From contig CM082586.2 in NCBI GenBank assembly GCA_040954595.2, positions 10,447,337 to 10,511,336 on the forward strand: 64,000 nucleotides of DNA, written 5' to 3'. Made by a program: the position numbers and the translations under genes. The notes below the pieces were generated by a model. The model saw only the letters and a list, made by a program, of their open reading frames with translations. It was not told the DNA's origin and ran no database searches. How positions within the stretch are numbered: the stretch's first letter is position 1; each line of letters begins with the position of its first letter. Shown here piece after piece: positions 33,521-45,660 of the stretch. This DNA is from Balanoglossus misakiensis (Eukaryota > Animalia > Hemichordata).

Positions 33521-35189
33521 AACAGAAGTTATAACCGTTCATGACATAGTTGTTGAATCAGGTTTACCAAATTCTCAATTTTGCAGAATACCCGTTTCAT
33601 CAAATCTTCAAATCCCAATTTGGCGAGCCGAATTGCAGCAATATGATGACAAAATCATCTGCGATTACCTACAATATGGTTGGCCCGTCTACTATACAGC
33701 CTCAGAATTGCCATACTCTACAGTGAAAAACCACCCATCAGCTATAAATTACTCGGCGCATGTCGACAACTGGATCATTAACGAAGTCGCAGCCGGGGCT
33801 ACAGCGGGTCCGTTCTTAACTAACCCCCTTGCCACACCACTCAGTACTTCCCCCATTCAGACTGTCGAAAAAAAAGATAGTGTTAATCGGCGTATAGTCT
33901 TTGATCTTAGTTCCCCAATCCACCATTCAGTAAATGACGGTATCCCCAAAGGGGAATATCTTGGGGAGAGTTTTCAGCTTCAATATCCTTCCATTGATGA
34001 TTTCACTGCAATGATGACCCGTAAGGGCAGGGGATGCCTCCTATTTAAGCGCGATTTAAGCAGAGCTTATCGGCAAATACCAGTCGATCCAGCGGACTAC
34101 CATTTGCTGGGCTACACGTGGCGTAATTTATTGTTCTTTGACCTTACATTGCCATTTGGCTTGCGAACCGCAGCGCTAGCCTGCCAGCGCACCACTAATG
34201 CGGTTTCTTATATCTATTCCACGAAAGGGTATGACTGTGTTAATTACCTTGACGACTTCGGTGGTGCAGAGACCTCCAACAAAGCCCACAAGGCATTTGC
34301 GGAGCTAGGTGACACGCTGGATAGACTGGGTTTGCAAGAAGCCAAACACAAAGCGGTGCCCCCGTCATCAATCATGACTTTTCTTGGAATCCAGTTGAAC
34401 TCCCTTACAATGACTATGGAAGTTACTCCTGACCGGCTTAATGAAATAGAGCAAGAGCTGGGTGTATGGGTCACTAAAACAAAAGCAACTAAGCGCGAGC
34501 TGCAATCACTCATAGGCAAGCTTTCCTTTATTGCCAAATGTGTCAAGCCTGGTAGGCTATTCCTGGCGAGAATGCTAGATGTGTTGCGTACCGTCACCCG
34601 CAATCACTACCATATCTATCTAAACAGTGATTTCAAGGCAGATCTACGGTGGTGGATTAATTTCATTAGGGTTTATAATGGGGTGTCTCTCATTAAAGAG
34701 TCAGGTTGGTGCCCGCCAGATGAAATATTTTCTTCGGATGCATGCCCAAAAGGGGGAGGGGGGCTTTGCGACAACGAGTATTTCCACGTGGAGTTCCCTG
34801 ACTTTGTAAAGGTTGGGGACCCTCACATTAATGCCCTCGAATTACTCACTATTACTATAGCGGCAAAAATTTGGGGTGATAGATGGTCTGGAAAGAAAAT
34901 ACAGGTCTCTTGCGACAACCAGGCAACAGTTTGGGTCATTAATACCGGTAGAGCTAGGGATAAACTAATGCTGTCTTGCTTGAGGGAATTATGGCTGGTA
35001 GCAGCGATTCACGAGTTTGAGCTACGTGCTGTGCACATCGCAGGCACCGAGAACCGGCTGGCTGATGCGCTCAGTCGCTGGCATCTTGACCCAAGTTATG
35101 AGCAACTCTTCAAATCATCTGTTAATATTTCTCAAATGACCGAGCACCCAGTCGCCGAGGATGACATTCGCTTTCTCAATGAGTGGTGA
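32850..35189 (+). CDS. pol: Reverse transcriptase-RNase H (pol), copy 3
   Basis: Same RT and RNase H motifs as copy 1. Confidence 0.93.
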   Translation: MNHRVKSAGTECNINDFYTLMGITDQAVHKCDRSVQTDMEIDISRSLSMCNPEVLRDAIVNPSSISEPVLSIDEPVTCTIANVASEHTGCFDTSVSRDNVDKYLCKTHTVDLIEPDIETDLDKQIPIESLAHTVGDTTEFACEISAHGSSDGMISDDHDVFVSDMFTVENVPNMGPPNPTLVDHSVPDTYPLGNDMQYSELSDTPVGGDVCPPSSWPQASPPDLTEVITVHDIVVESGLPNSQFCRIPVSSNLQIPIWRAELQQYDDKIICDYLQYGWPVYYTASELPYSTVKNHPSAINYSAHVDNWIINEVAAGATAGPFLTNPLATPLSTSPIQTVEKKDSVNRRIVFDLSSPIHHSVNDGIPKGEYLGESFQLQYPSIDDFTAMMTRKGRGCLLFKRDLSRAYRQIPVDPADYHLLGYTWRNLLFFDLTLPFGLRTAALACQRTTNAVSYIYSTKGYDCVNYLDDFGGAETSNKAHKAFAELGDTLDRLGLQEAKHKAVPPSSIMTFLGIQLNSLTMTMEVTPDRLNEIEQELGVWVTKTKATKRELQSLIGKLSFIAKCVKPGRLFLARMLDVLRTVTRNHYHIYLNSDFKADLRWWINFIRVYNGVSLIKESGWCPPDEIFSSDACPKGGGGLCDNEYFHVEFPDFVKVGDPHINALELLTITIAAKIWGDRWSGKKIQVSCDNQATVWVINTGRARDKLMLSCLRELWLVAAIHEFELRAVHIAGTENRLADALSRWHLDPSYEQLFKSSVNISQMTEHPVAEDDIRFLNEW

Positions 35190-36209
35190 CTGATTTTATT
35201 TTTATTTCAGATCACTGCCAAACTATCCAAGCCTTAGACGCTCAAATCGCTATCTCAATGAGGTCAGCATTAGCGGAAGGAACTCGTCGGAATTTGTCGT
35301 CACAGTTGAAGAGTTACTTCCTGTTTTGTCAGTTTTTCAATTTTACTCCTGTTCCAGCATCTGTTCTTACAGTGTGTAGATTTATCCAGTTTCTTGCAAG
35401 ATCAGTAACTGCTACTGGCACCATTCAGAATTATTTGTACGCAATTCGTACCTTGCATAGAATCCATGGCTTCACGCCATTGGCCGCTGATCAGTATGTT
35501 GTCAAATTACTTTTGAAATGTCTTTCCCGTAGCACTTTCCAGCCAGTGAGGCAGAAATTACCCATCACCCCCCCCGTTGTTGCTACAGTTTTTCGGGCTT
35601 CTAGATGTGGCTGTTCCATTCGATGTTACTTTGTGGGCATGCCTTTTGATAGGGTTTTTCTCCTTTTTTCGCAAGTCAAATCTTGTTCCGAAGTCTGCAA
35701 CCGACTTTGATCCGGCTAAACACCTCTGTAGGGGTAAAGTCATTTCCTCAGATTCTGGCCTTATAATCGGCGTGACTTGGTCAAAAACCATTCAGTTTCG
35801 CGAACGCTGTTTGACTATTCCACTTGCCCACATTCCAGGTTCGGTGTTGTGCCCTTTACAGGCATACAATCACATGTGTGAGATCATCCCAGCCCCACCC
35901 TCTAGCCCAGCATTTGTTTTTCCCAAATGTGGCAAATTGGTCCCCTTGACCCATTCAGGGCTGGTGAAAAGTATCAAATGTTTAGTTCAGAGGGCAGGCT
36001 TTCCTGCTGACATGTACTCAGGTCACAGCCTCCGTCGTGGGGGTGCAACCTTTGCATTCGAAAGTGGGGTCCCTGGGGAGCTTATCAAACTCCAAGGGGA
36101 TTGGCAATCCAGCGCGTATCTCCGTTATCTTAACATTCCATTTCAGACTCGTTATCTGGTGTCCTTTCAAATGGGTCAGCATCTTAAAGACATCTCCGCG
36201 TCACACTGA
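35183..36209 (+). pseudogene. Tyrosine recombinase, copy 3, frameshifted
   Basis: C8 run at 35568-35575 versus C6A in the other copies (+1) splits the ORF into 35183-35710 and 35577-36209. This could be a homopolymer sequencing error. Confidence 0.8.
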
Positions 36210-36253
36210 TTTTACTGTGGCACTAGCAGAGAGGCGGACCGGGTTTGGCAGTG

Positions 36254-36777
36254 GTTGGGCCTGCAAGAGCCCCCAGTTCACGTAAATAAATAATGGCTCT
36301 TGCCTTCAGCTGCCAAACCTGTGTCCTTGGTTTGTGTGTTAGAGAGATCTCAAGTAATTTAGGTAACATTGCGATCAACGGCATAATGTTACCCAATTAA
36401 GCAACTCGAAAAGGGGCGCCCTCAACCTCAAACGAGCCTCAAAAATCCCATAATCCATCACTCACGACCACTTCAAGGGTTCTGAGCGTGTCCTGCAATG
36501 CTCGCTCTCTCTGCCTCAATTTCCCCACCCGCCCGCCCTCAACAAATAAGATGTGTATTTGCAGATTTACAGTGGTTCTCTGGTCAATACTGTACTTCAC
36601 GATTGTAACCTTTATCATCCATGTATTTTGCAATGGTCCTTTCATCATTGCGAGTTGTTATTCCCAGTTGTGTTGGGCCTGCAAGAGCACCCAGTTCACG
36701 TAAATAAATAATGGCTCTTGCCTTCAGCTGCCAAACCTGTGTCCTTGTTTTGTGTGTTAGAGAGATCTCAAATAATT
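36254..36777 (+). repeat. Ngaro 3' end: B1 (36254-36359), A2 (36360-36523), unique spacer (36524-36671), B2 (36672-36777)
   Basis: The A1...B1-A2-B2 split-direct-repeat layout is diagnostic of Ngaro/PAT-like elements. Confidence 0.93.
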
Positions 36778-39700
36778 GGGGAAAATCATTAAAAAATGAC
36801 AAATTATCGACTTTGCAAAATCTCACAATTTCGTCGATTTTTGAAAAAAACCATTGGGGGAAAATCATCAAAAAATGACAAATTATCGACTTTGCAAAAT
36901 CTCAACATTTCGTCGATTTTTGAAAAAAATCATGGGTGAAAATCATCAAAAAATGACAAATTTTAGACTTTGCAAAATCTCAAAATTTCGTCGATTTTGA
37001 AAAAAATCATAGGTTCGTCGATTTAAAAAAAAAACATGGGTGAAAATCATCAAAAAATGACAAATTTTCGACTTTGCAAAATCTCACAATTTCGTCGATT
37101 TTTGAAAAAAATCATGGGAGAAAATCATCAAAAAATGACAAATTTTCGACTTTGCAAAATCTCAACATTTCGTCGATTTTTGAAAAAAATCATAGGTGAA
37201 AATCATCAAAAAATGACAAATTTTTGACTGCAAAATCTCAACATTTCGTCGATTTTTGAAAAAAATCATGGATGAAAATCATCAAAAAATGACAAATTTT
37301 CGACTTTGCAAAATCTCAACATTTCGTCGATTTTTGAAAAAAATCTTGGGTGAAAATCATCAAAAAATGACAAATTTTCGACTTTGCAAAATCTCAACAT
37401 TTCGTCGATTTTTGAAAAAAATCATGGGTGAAAATCATCAAAAATGACAAATTTTCGACTTTGCAAAATCTCAAAATTTCGTCAATTTTTGAAAAAATCA
37501 TGGGTGAAAATCATCAAAAAATGACAAAATTTTCGACTTTGCAAAATCTCAAAATTTCGTCGATTTTGAAAAAAATCATAGGTTCGTCTTTTTTTAAAAA
37601 AAAAAACATGGATGAAAATCATCAAAAAATGACAAATTTTTGACTTTGCAAATTCTCAAAATTTCGTCGATTTTAAAAAAAAACATGGGGGAAAATCATC
37701 AAAAAATGACAAATTATCGACTTTGCAAAATCTCACAATTTCGTCGATTTTTGAAAAAAATCATGGGTGAAAATCATCAAAAAATGACAAATTTTCGACT
37801 TTGCAAAATCTCAACATTTCGTCGATTTTTGAAAAAAATCATGGGTGAAAATCATCAAAAAATGACAAATTTTCGACTTTGCAAAATCTCAAAATTTCGT
37901 CCATTTTTGAAAAAAAATCATGGGTAAAAATCATCAAAAAATGACAAATTTTCGTCTATGCAAAATCTCAAAATGTCGTCGGTTTTTGAAAAATAATATG
38001 GTTGAAAATCATCAAACAATGACAAAATTATCGACTTTGCAAAATCTCACAATTTCGTCGATTTTTGAAAAAAATCATGGGTGAAAATCATCAAAAAATG
38101 ACAAATTTTCGACTTTGCAAAATCTCAAAATTTCGTCGATTTAAAAAAAAATCATAGGTTCGTCGATTTAAAAAAAAACATGGGTGAAAATCATCAAAAA
38201 ATGACAAATTTTCGACTTTGCAAAATCTCACAATTTCGTCGATTTTTGAAAAAAATCATGGGAGAAAATCATCAAAAAATGACAAATTTTCGACTTTGCA
38301 AAATCTCAACATTTCGTCGATTTTTGAAAAAAATCATTGGGGAAAATCATCAAAAAATGACAAATTTTCGACTTTGCAAAATCTCAAAATTTCGTCGATT
38401 TTGAAAAAAATCATAGGTTCGTCGTTTTTTTAAAAAAAAAAACATGGGTGAAAATCATCAAAAAATGACAAATTTTTGACTTTGCAAAATCTCACAATTT
38501 CGTCGATTTTTTAAAAAAATCATGGGTGAAAATCATCAAAAAATGACAAATTTTCGACTTTGCAAAATCTCAAAATTTCGTAAATTTTTGAAAAAAAGTC
38601 ATGGGTGAAAATCATCAAAAAATTACAAATTTTCGTCTTTGCAAAATCTCAAAATTTCGTCGATTTTTGAAAAAAAAAAATCATGGGTAAAAATCATCAA
38701 AAAATTACAAATTTTCGACTTTGCAAAATCTAAAAATTTTGTCGATTTTTGAAAAAAATCATGGGTGAAAATCATCAAAAAATGACAAATTTTCGACTTT
38801 GCAAAATCTCAAAATTTCGTCGATTTTTGAAAAAAAAAACATGGGTGAAAATCATCAAAAAATGACAAATTTTCGACTTTGCAAAATCTCAAAATTTCGT
38901 CCATTTTTGAAAAAAAATCATGGGTAAAAATCATCAAAAAATGACAAATTTTCGTCTATGCAAAATCTCAAAATGTCGTCGGTTTTTGAAAAATAATATG
39001 GTTGAAAATCATCAAACAATGACAAAATTATCGACTTTGCAAAATCTCACAATTTCGTCGATTTTTGAAAAAAATCATGGGTGAAAATCATCAAAAAATG
39101 ACAAATTTTCGACTTTGCAAAATCTCAAAATTTCGTCGATTTAAAAAAAAATCATAGGTTCGTCGATTTAAAAAAAAACATGGGTGAAAATCATAAAAAA
39201 ATGACAAATTTTCGACTTTGCAAAATCTCACAATTTCGTCGATTTTTGAAAAAAATCATGGGAGAAAATCATCAAAAAATGACAAATTTTCGACTTTGCA
39301 AAATCTCAACATTTCGTCGATTTTTGAAAAAAATCATTGGGGAAAATCATCAAAAAATGACAAATTTTCGACTTTGCAAAATCTCAAAATTTCGTCGATT
39401 TTGAAAAAAATCATAGGTTCGTCGTTTTTTTAAAAAAAAAACATGGGTGAAAATCATCAAAAAATGACAAATTTTTGACTTTGCAAAATCTCACAATTTC
39501 GTCGATTTTTTAAAAAAATCATGGGTGAAAATCATCAAAAAATGACAAATTTTCGTCTTTGCAAAATCTCAAAATTTCGTCGATTTTTGAAAAAAAAAAA
39601 TCATGGGTAAAAATCATCAAAAAATTACAAATTTTCGACTTTGCAAAATCTAAAAATTTTGTCGATTTTTGAAAAAAATCATGGGTGAAAATCATCAAAA

Positions 39701-42472
39701 AATGACAAATTTTTGACTTTGCAAATTCTCAAAATTTCGTCGATTTTAAAAAAAAACATGGGGGAAAATCATCAAAAAATGACAAATTATCGACTTTGCA
39801 AAATCTCACAATTTCGTCGATTTTTGAAAAAAATCATGGGTGAAAATCATCAAAAAATGACAAATTTTCGACTTTGCAAAATCTCAACATTTCGTCGATT
39901 TTTGAAAAAAATCATGGGTGAAAATCATCAAAAAATGACAAATTTTCGACTTTGCAAAATCTCAAAATTTCGTCCATTTTTGAAAAAAAATCATGGGTAA
40001 AAATCATCAAAAAATGACAAATTTTCGTCTATGCAAAATCTCAAAATGTCGTCGGTTTTTGAAAAATAATATGGTTGAAAATCATCAAACAATGACAAAA
40101 TTATCGACTTTGCAAAATCTCACAATTTCGTCGATTTTTGAAAAAAATCATGGGTGAAAATCATCAAAAAATGACAAATTTTCGACTTTGCAAAATCTCA
40201 AAATTTCGTCGATTTAAAAAAAAATCATAGGTTCGTCGATTTAAAAAAAAACATGGGTGAAAATCATCAAAAAATGACAAATTTTCGACTTTGCAAAATC
40301 TCACAATTTCGTCGATTTTTGAAAAAAATCATGGGAGAAAATCATCAAAAAATGACAAATTTTCGACTTTGCAAAATCTCAACATTTCGTCGATTTTTGA
40401 AAAAAATCATTGGGGAAAATCATCAAAAAATGACAAATTTTCGACTTTGCAAAATCTCAAAATTTCGTCGATTTTGAAAAAAATCATAGGTTCGTCGTTT
40501 TTTTAAAAAAAAAAACATGGGTGAAAATCATCAAAAAATGACAAATTTTTGACTTTGCAAAATCTCACAATTTCGTCGATTTTTTAAAAAAATCATGGGT
40601 GAAAATCATCAAAAAATGACAAATTTTCGACTTTGCAAAATCTCAAAATTTCGTAAATTTTTGAAAAAAAGTCATGGGTGAAAATCATCAAAAAATTACA
40701 AATTTTCGTCTTTGCAAAATCTCAAAATTTCGTCGATTTTTGAAAAAAAAAAATCATGGGTAAAAATCATCAAAAAATTACAAATTTTCGACTTTGCAAA
40801 ATCTAAAAATTTTGTCGATTTTTGAAAAAAATCATGGGTGAAAATCATCAAAAAATGACAAATTTTCGACTTTGCAAAATCTCAAAATTTCGTCGATTTT
40901 TGAAAAAAAAAACATGGGTGAAAATCATCAAAAAATGACAAATTTTCGACTTTGCAAAATCTCAAAATTTCGTCCATTTTTGAAAAAAAATCATGGGTAA
41001 AAATCATCAAAAAATGACAAATTTTCGTCTATGCAAAATCTCAAAATGTCGTCGGTTTTTGAAAAATAATATGGTTGAAAATCATCAAACAATGACAAAA
41101 TTATCGACTTTGCAAAATCTCACAATTTCGTCGATTTTTGAAAAAAATCATGGGTGAAAATCATCAAAAAATGACAAATTTTCGACTTTGCAAAATCTCA
41201 AAATTTCGTCGATTTAAAAAAAAATCATAGGTTCGTCGATTTAAAAAAAAACATGGGTGAAAATCATAAAAAAATGACAAATTTTCGACTTTGCAAAATC
41301 TCACAATTTCGTCGATTTTTGAAAAAAATCATGGGAGAAAATCATCAAAAAATGACAAATTTTCGACTTTGCAAAATCTCAACATTTCGTCGATTTTTGA
41401 AAAAAATCATTGGGGAAAATCATCAAAAAATGACAAATTTTCGACTTTGCAAAATCTCAAAATTTCGTCGATTTTGAAAAAAATCATAGGTTCGTCGTTT
41501 TTTTAAAAAAAAAACATGGGTGAAAATCATCAAAAAATGACAAATTTTTGACTTTGCAAAATCTCACAATTTCGTCGATTTTTTAAAAAAATCATGGGTG
41601 AAAATCATCAAAAAATGACAAATTTTCGACTTTGCAAAATCTCAAAATTTCGTCCATTTTAAAAAAAAAAAATGGGGGAAAATCATCAAAAAATGACAAA
41701 TTTTCGACTTTGCAAAATCTCAAAATTTCGTCGATTTTGAAAAAAACCATTGGGGGAAAATCATCAAATAATGACAAATTATCGACTTTGCAAAATCTCA
41801 CAATTTCGTCGATTTTTGAAAAAAATCATGGGTGAAAATCATCAAAAAATTACAAATTTTCGACTTTGCAAAATCTCAACATTTCGTCGATTTTTGAAAA
41901 AAATCATGGGTGAAAATAATCAAAAAATGACAAATTTTCGACTTTGCAAAATCTCAAAATTTCGTCCATTTTAAAAAAAAAACATGGGGGAAAATCATCA
42001 AAAAATGACAAATTTTCGACTTTGCAAATTCTCAAAATTTCGTCGATTTTGAAAAAAACCATTGGGGGAAAATCAACAAAAAATGACAAATTATCGACTT
42101 TGCAAAATCTCACAATTTCGTCGATTTTTGAAAAAAATCATGGGTGAAAATCATCAAAAAATGACAAATTTTCGACTTTGCAAAATCTCAACATTTCGTC
42201 GATTTTTGAAAAAAATCATGGGTGAAAATCATCAAAAAATGACAAATTTTCGACTTTGCAAAATCTCAAAATTTCGTCCATTTTTAAAAAAAAATCATGG
42301 GTTAAAATCATCAAAAAATGACAAATTTTCGTCTTTGCAAAATCTCAAAATTTCGTCCATTTTAAAAAAAAAAACATGGGTGAAAATCATCAAAAAATGA
42401 CAAATTTTCGACTGCAAAATTTCAAAATTTCGTCGGTTTTTGAAAAATAATATGGGTGAAAATCATCAAAAA
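36778..42472. repeat. 78-bp satellite, block 3
   Basis: Same consensus, with 1000-bp and 2073-bp higher-order periodicities. Confidence 0.97.
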
Positions 42473-43206
42473 TAGCGTCAAGGACACTGTGGTCCCATTT
42501 AAACAGTGGAGTACGGAGATGAGGGGTGCCACAGTAGCAGAGGTAGGTAAGGCATCCAGTGTCTATTTTGCTGAATTGGGCAGCATACTGAAATTCAATG
42601 TTTAAGCACGAAAGAAGGGAGCAGGCAGTGTACGTTTTCTGTAGTTTAATTATAAATCATGTAAAGTAATAAATATAACAATGGGAATGAGTTGTGTTGC
42701 ATATAAATTGTTTTAAAGAAATGAAATTGAATGACGCAATAAAAAATGTAATGGAAGCAGTAAAAAATGTCAAAGTAAATAAAGAGAACAGTAACAAGTA
42801 TAAATTATGTTGAATGGTACAAAATACTAAAGAAATGTTAAATATAAAATGTATCACTGAAGAACGTGTAAACTGAAATAAAAAAATCATTGGAAAAAAT
42901 GTCTAATTAAATGAAGCAGTCAAAAATTGTCTAACCTAGGGGAAAAAAACAGTGAAAAATGTCAAATCAAGTAGAGAAATGTGAATGTCACATAAAAAAA
43001 AGGCAAGAAAGAAAATGACAAACTGAACAAATAACTAAAAGCATGTGAAATAAAAAGAATGTGTCACTAAAAAATGTCTTCAAGTGTAATAAAAAAAGCA
43101 GGGAAGGAAATGTTATAATGAATGAATGGAGGGAGCGCTGGTAAAGTGTGTAATCGGGAAAGGGTTGTGGAATGGAGAGCAAATGAAGGCAGTACGTTGA
43201 AAAACA

Positions 43207-45660
43207 CTAGTTTTTGAAAGTGGTGATGGTGTTGGCAGAGTTGGCCTTAAATTGGAGCTCGCGTCCATCGCAGATGTCGGTGACGGCGTCCTGCAGTTGT
43301 TTCTGGGTGGTGTTGACGGGGTTAATGGAGAATTTTCTGAGTAAATACTTGGTCTCCTTTGGGTAGATCTTGTATGTGTCAAGGTCATCACCGGTTTGTA
43401 TTAAGAGGGAAAGTATTGTGCCTGGTCTGCAGGATGGGCTTTTATTCTTTCTGCAGAAACGACATCTGAAAGAAATGAGAAATAGGCAATGTTGAAGTTG
43501 GTGGAATAAATATGTTGATTGCTGGCTGATGTGGAAAGGGTGTAACATGCAGTAATGTGGAAGAATATAAGTATTGAAGTAAAGTTGAATAAGGGATGTT
43601 ACGGATGTCATGTGAATATTTAGTTGTAAGGAAGCCAATTGGATTGTTGGGATATAAGGAAGAGATGTTATTGAGTGGCTGTGCACTGGTAAATTTTTCC
43701 AGCGGAATGGCTTATGTCTGAAAATGGGACATTGCATGAAAAAACTGCTATGTATAGCTCAGCTGGTGTCTGCACACAAGGTATTGAGGGGCTGGTGGTA
43801 AGTGCGGATGAAGAGGAATTTTGGATTACCTGTTGCTGTCATTGAGAAATCCATTGCACCGAGGCGCATCTGCACATAAGAGAACTCTCTGTAGATTGGA
43901 GAGCCCTTGTAATGTCCCGGTTGTCCAGTTTGAGCTGTCATCGGAATCCGCCGATAAGGTGTCTGTAGTGTTTTGGTGTGATAGGGTTTCATGAGCCTGA
44001 AATAGAATTAGGGAAAGATTAGATTACCTGCGTGTGTTTTTGATAAATGAAGCTGTGGTTCGTGTGTCTGGAAATGTAGATGCTGAATTGGATGTTTGAA
44101 GAACTGAATAATGACAACAGCGGATAATATATGTTGTCTACTATTATGTTGAATAATGTAGCTCTGAGGAAGAAGCTTTGATTGCAAAACAAAGTACTGA
44201 ACGCATTTGGAAAAGTGGAAACGAAAGTTTGGAATAGTATTGAAATGTTACTTGTGGATTCACTATATGTTGTCATGGGCAAAGAAAAAGAAATGTGAAT
44301 ATTGTAATGAATTGTTTGAGCAGGGAATACAGGAAAAACAGTGGACAGTTTCAGTATAGTCAAGTTGTTTGTAGTGAACATAATACCTGAAAACGAAAGG
44401 GGTGGTACCAGGACAATTTCCTGTTGGTATACACTGTATAGTGTATTGTATTGACTGATCAGTGAAGTACTTACCGATACTGATATTGTGGTGGATTGCC
44501 TGGATGTGAGGCGGTTGTTGAACGAGGCAGCTTTCTTCACATTGGTAATAGTTATAACATCACCAGTGGTGAGCTCACACTTCGTAAGATCTCCCCATAC
44601 GGTTAGTTTGTACACCCCTGAGCTGTCTCCAAGTCCAATAGTTCTGCGTGGTAATTTGCCGTACCGGGTGTGGGTGGCTTTGGTGTTTTGAACCTAAAAG
44701 ACAGAAGAAGTAATAAACAAATGGAAAACGGTAAAGAGTGTACCATGAGGTTTGTGAGATGAACGGTCGGGAAAAGGTGAGGTGGGGGTAGAAGTCAATA
44801 GGAAACGGACCTTTCTACCCTTCGAGGTCGATAGGGAACGGACCCCTCTCCTGTGCATCGAGGGATCTTCACGACGTGGAATAGCATTGCATACGCGGTT
44901 GTTCGGTGTACGGTACGTGACCAGCTGTGGTGAAGGTCGTGTAACGTCGGGAAAACGAAGACGGTCATTGTATATATGGGTAACAGAGGAGTGAATGAAG
45001 TCAATAAAGCGTAAGCGAAATGTTCGTGATCTTGTGGAAAACACGACTACGTCAATTAAAGTAACGTGTTGGTGTTGATTTGTGGCAGAGTTTATTCGTG
45101 ACAATGGAAGTGGGCGGGTAATCCGATTACGTGAGATTGTTGTTGGCCGCGAAATATCTAGGGCGAAAATGGGTGAATTGTGAAATGAGTGAGCATTTTA
45201 AGTGTAAACTTACCCTTACTACAGTTCCTGATATGTTGTGATAATTGGTGTTGTCGGCAATTGCTGCGGCCATAGTGACAACAGCAGCAGTGGGTGCTTG
45301 CTCTGTCATGCGACAGCGAAGTCCGTGAGCCTCGGTTGCGACACTTTCAGGAATGTTGAGGTCCACCCTATTAACAGCCAAGGTGGAGCCTTGGTTGATG
45401 GAAATCCCGTTGGAACGCACGTAAATTTTCGGACCAAGAAATAGTGTACTTCCTTCATTTGCTCTCAATAAAGACAACGTGTCTTCTCTGGTTGACCAGA
45501 TATACAGAGTGGTGGCAGCGGTGTGGTCTGCCACCACAGCCCGTTTAAATTTTTCGTTGGTCGAGGTATTTTCATAGTAGATTAGTTTAACTTGAGAGGT
45601 AACATCGTGGTAGGTGTTGGTCTCTTTCTGGCTTAATTCTTTTAGTGTTGATTTTGGCAT
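43207..45660 (-). CDS. Four-exon RPA70-like multi-OB-fold ssDNA-binding protein with C4 zinc ribbon (~363 aa); exons 45660-45214, 44693-44475, 43996-43830, 43465-43207
   Basis: GT-AG introns with polypyrimidine tracts and matching phases 0/0/2. OB-like motifs AVVADHTAATTLYIW and IGLGDSSGVYKLTVWGD. CADAPRC...CRFC is assembled across intron 3. Confidence 0.78.

Larger units (their letters stand above)
20123..36777 (+). mobile_element. Tandem trimer of an Ngaro-type (DIRS order) tyrosine-recombinase retrotransposon: (A-gag-pol-YR-B)x3-A-spacer-B
   Basis: gag zinc finger, RT (YLDD), RNase H and YR ORFs, with split direct repeats A (164 bp) and B (106 bp). Units start at 20123, 25780 and 30702 (5657, 4922 and 5658 bp). 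No TSD: the flanks rejoin as satellite CATG|GGGGAAAATC. Confidence 0.95.

Noticed and set aside
20285-36285. Antisense and overlapping short ORFs inside the Ngaro units (e.g. 20696-21277, 23665-24024)
   Set aside because: Shadow ORFs of the main genes with no recognisable motifs; they repeat only because the unit repeats.
36488-36703. 71-aa hydrophobic ORF and acceptor-like TTTGCAG in the Ngaro tail spacer
   Set aside because: Spans A2/spacer/B2 with a GTG start; no supporting motif or convincing partner donor.
20123-36777. Prokaryotic prophage, retron or integron reading of RT plus tyrosine recombinase
   Set aside because: The gag zinc finger, RT-RNase H, split direct repeats and splice signals fit a eukaryotic DIRS/Ngaro element.
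43759-43992. 77-aa ORF MKPYHTK... as a standalone gene
   Set aside because: The splice-consistent exon (43996-43830) uses a different frame that supplies half of the zinc ribbon.
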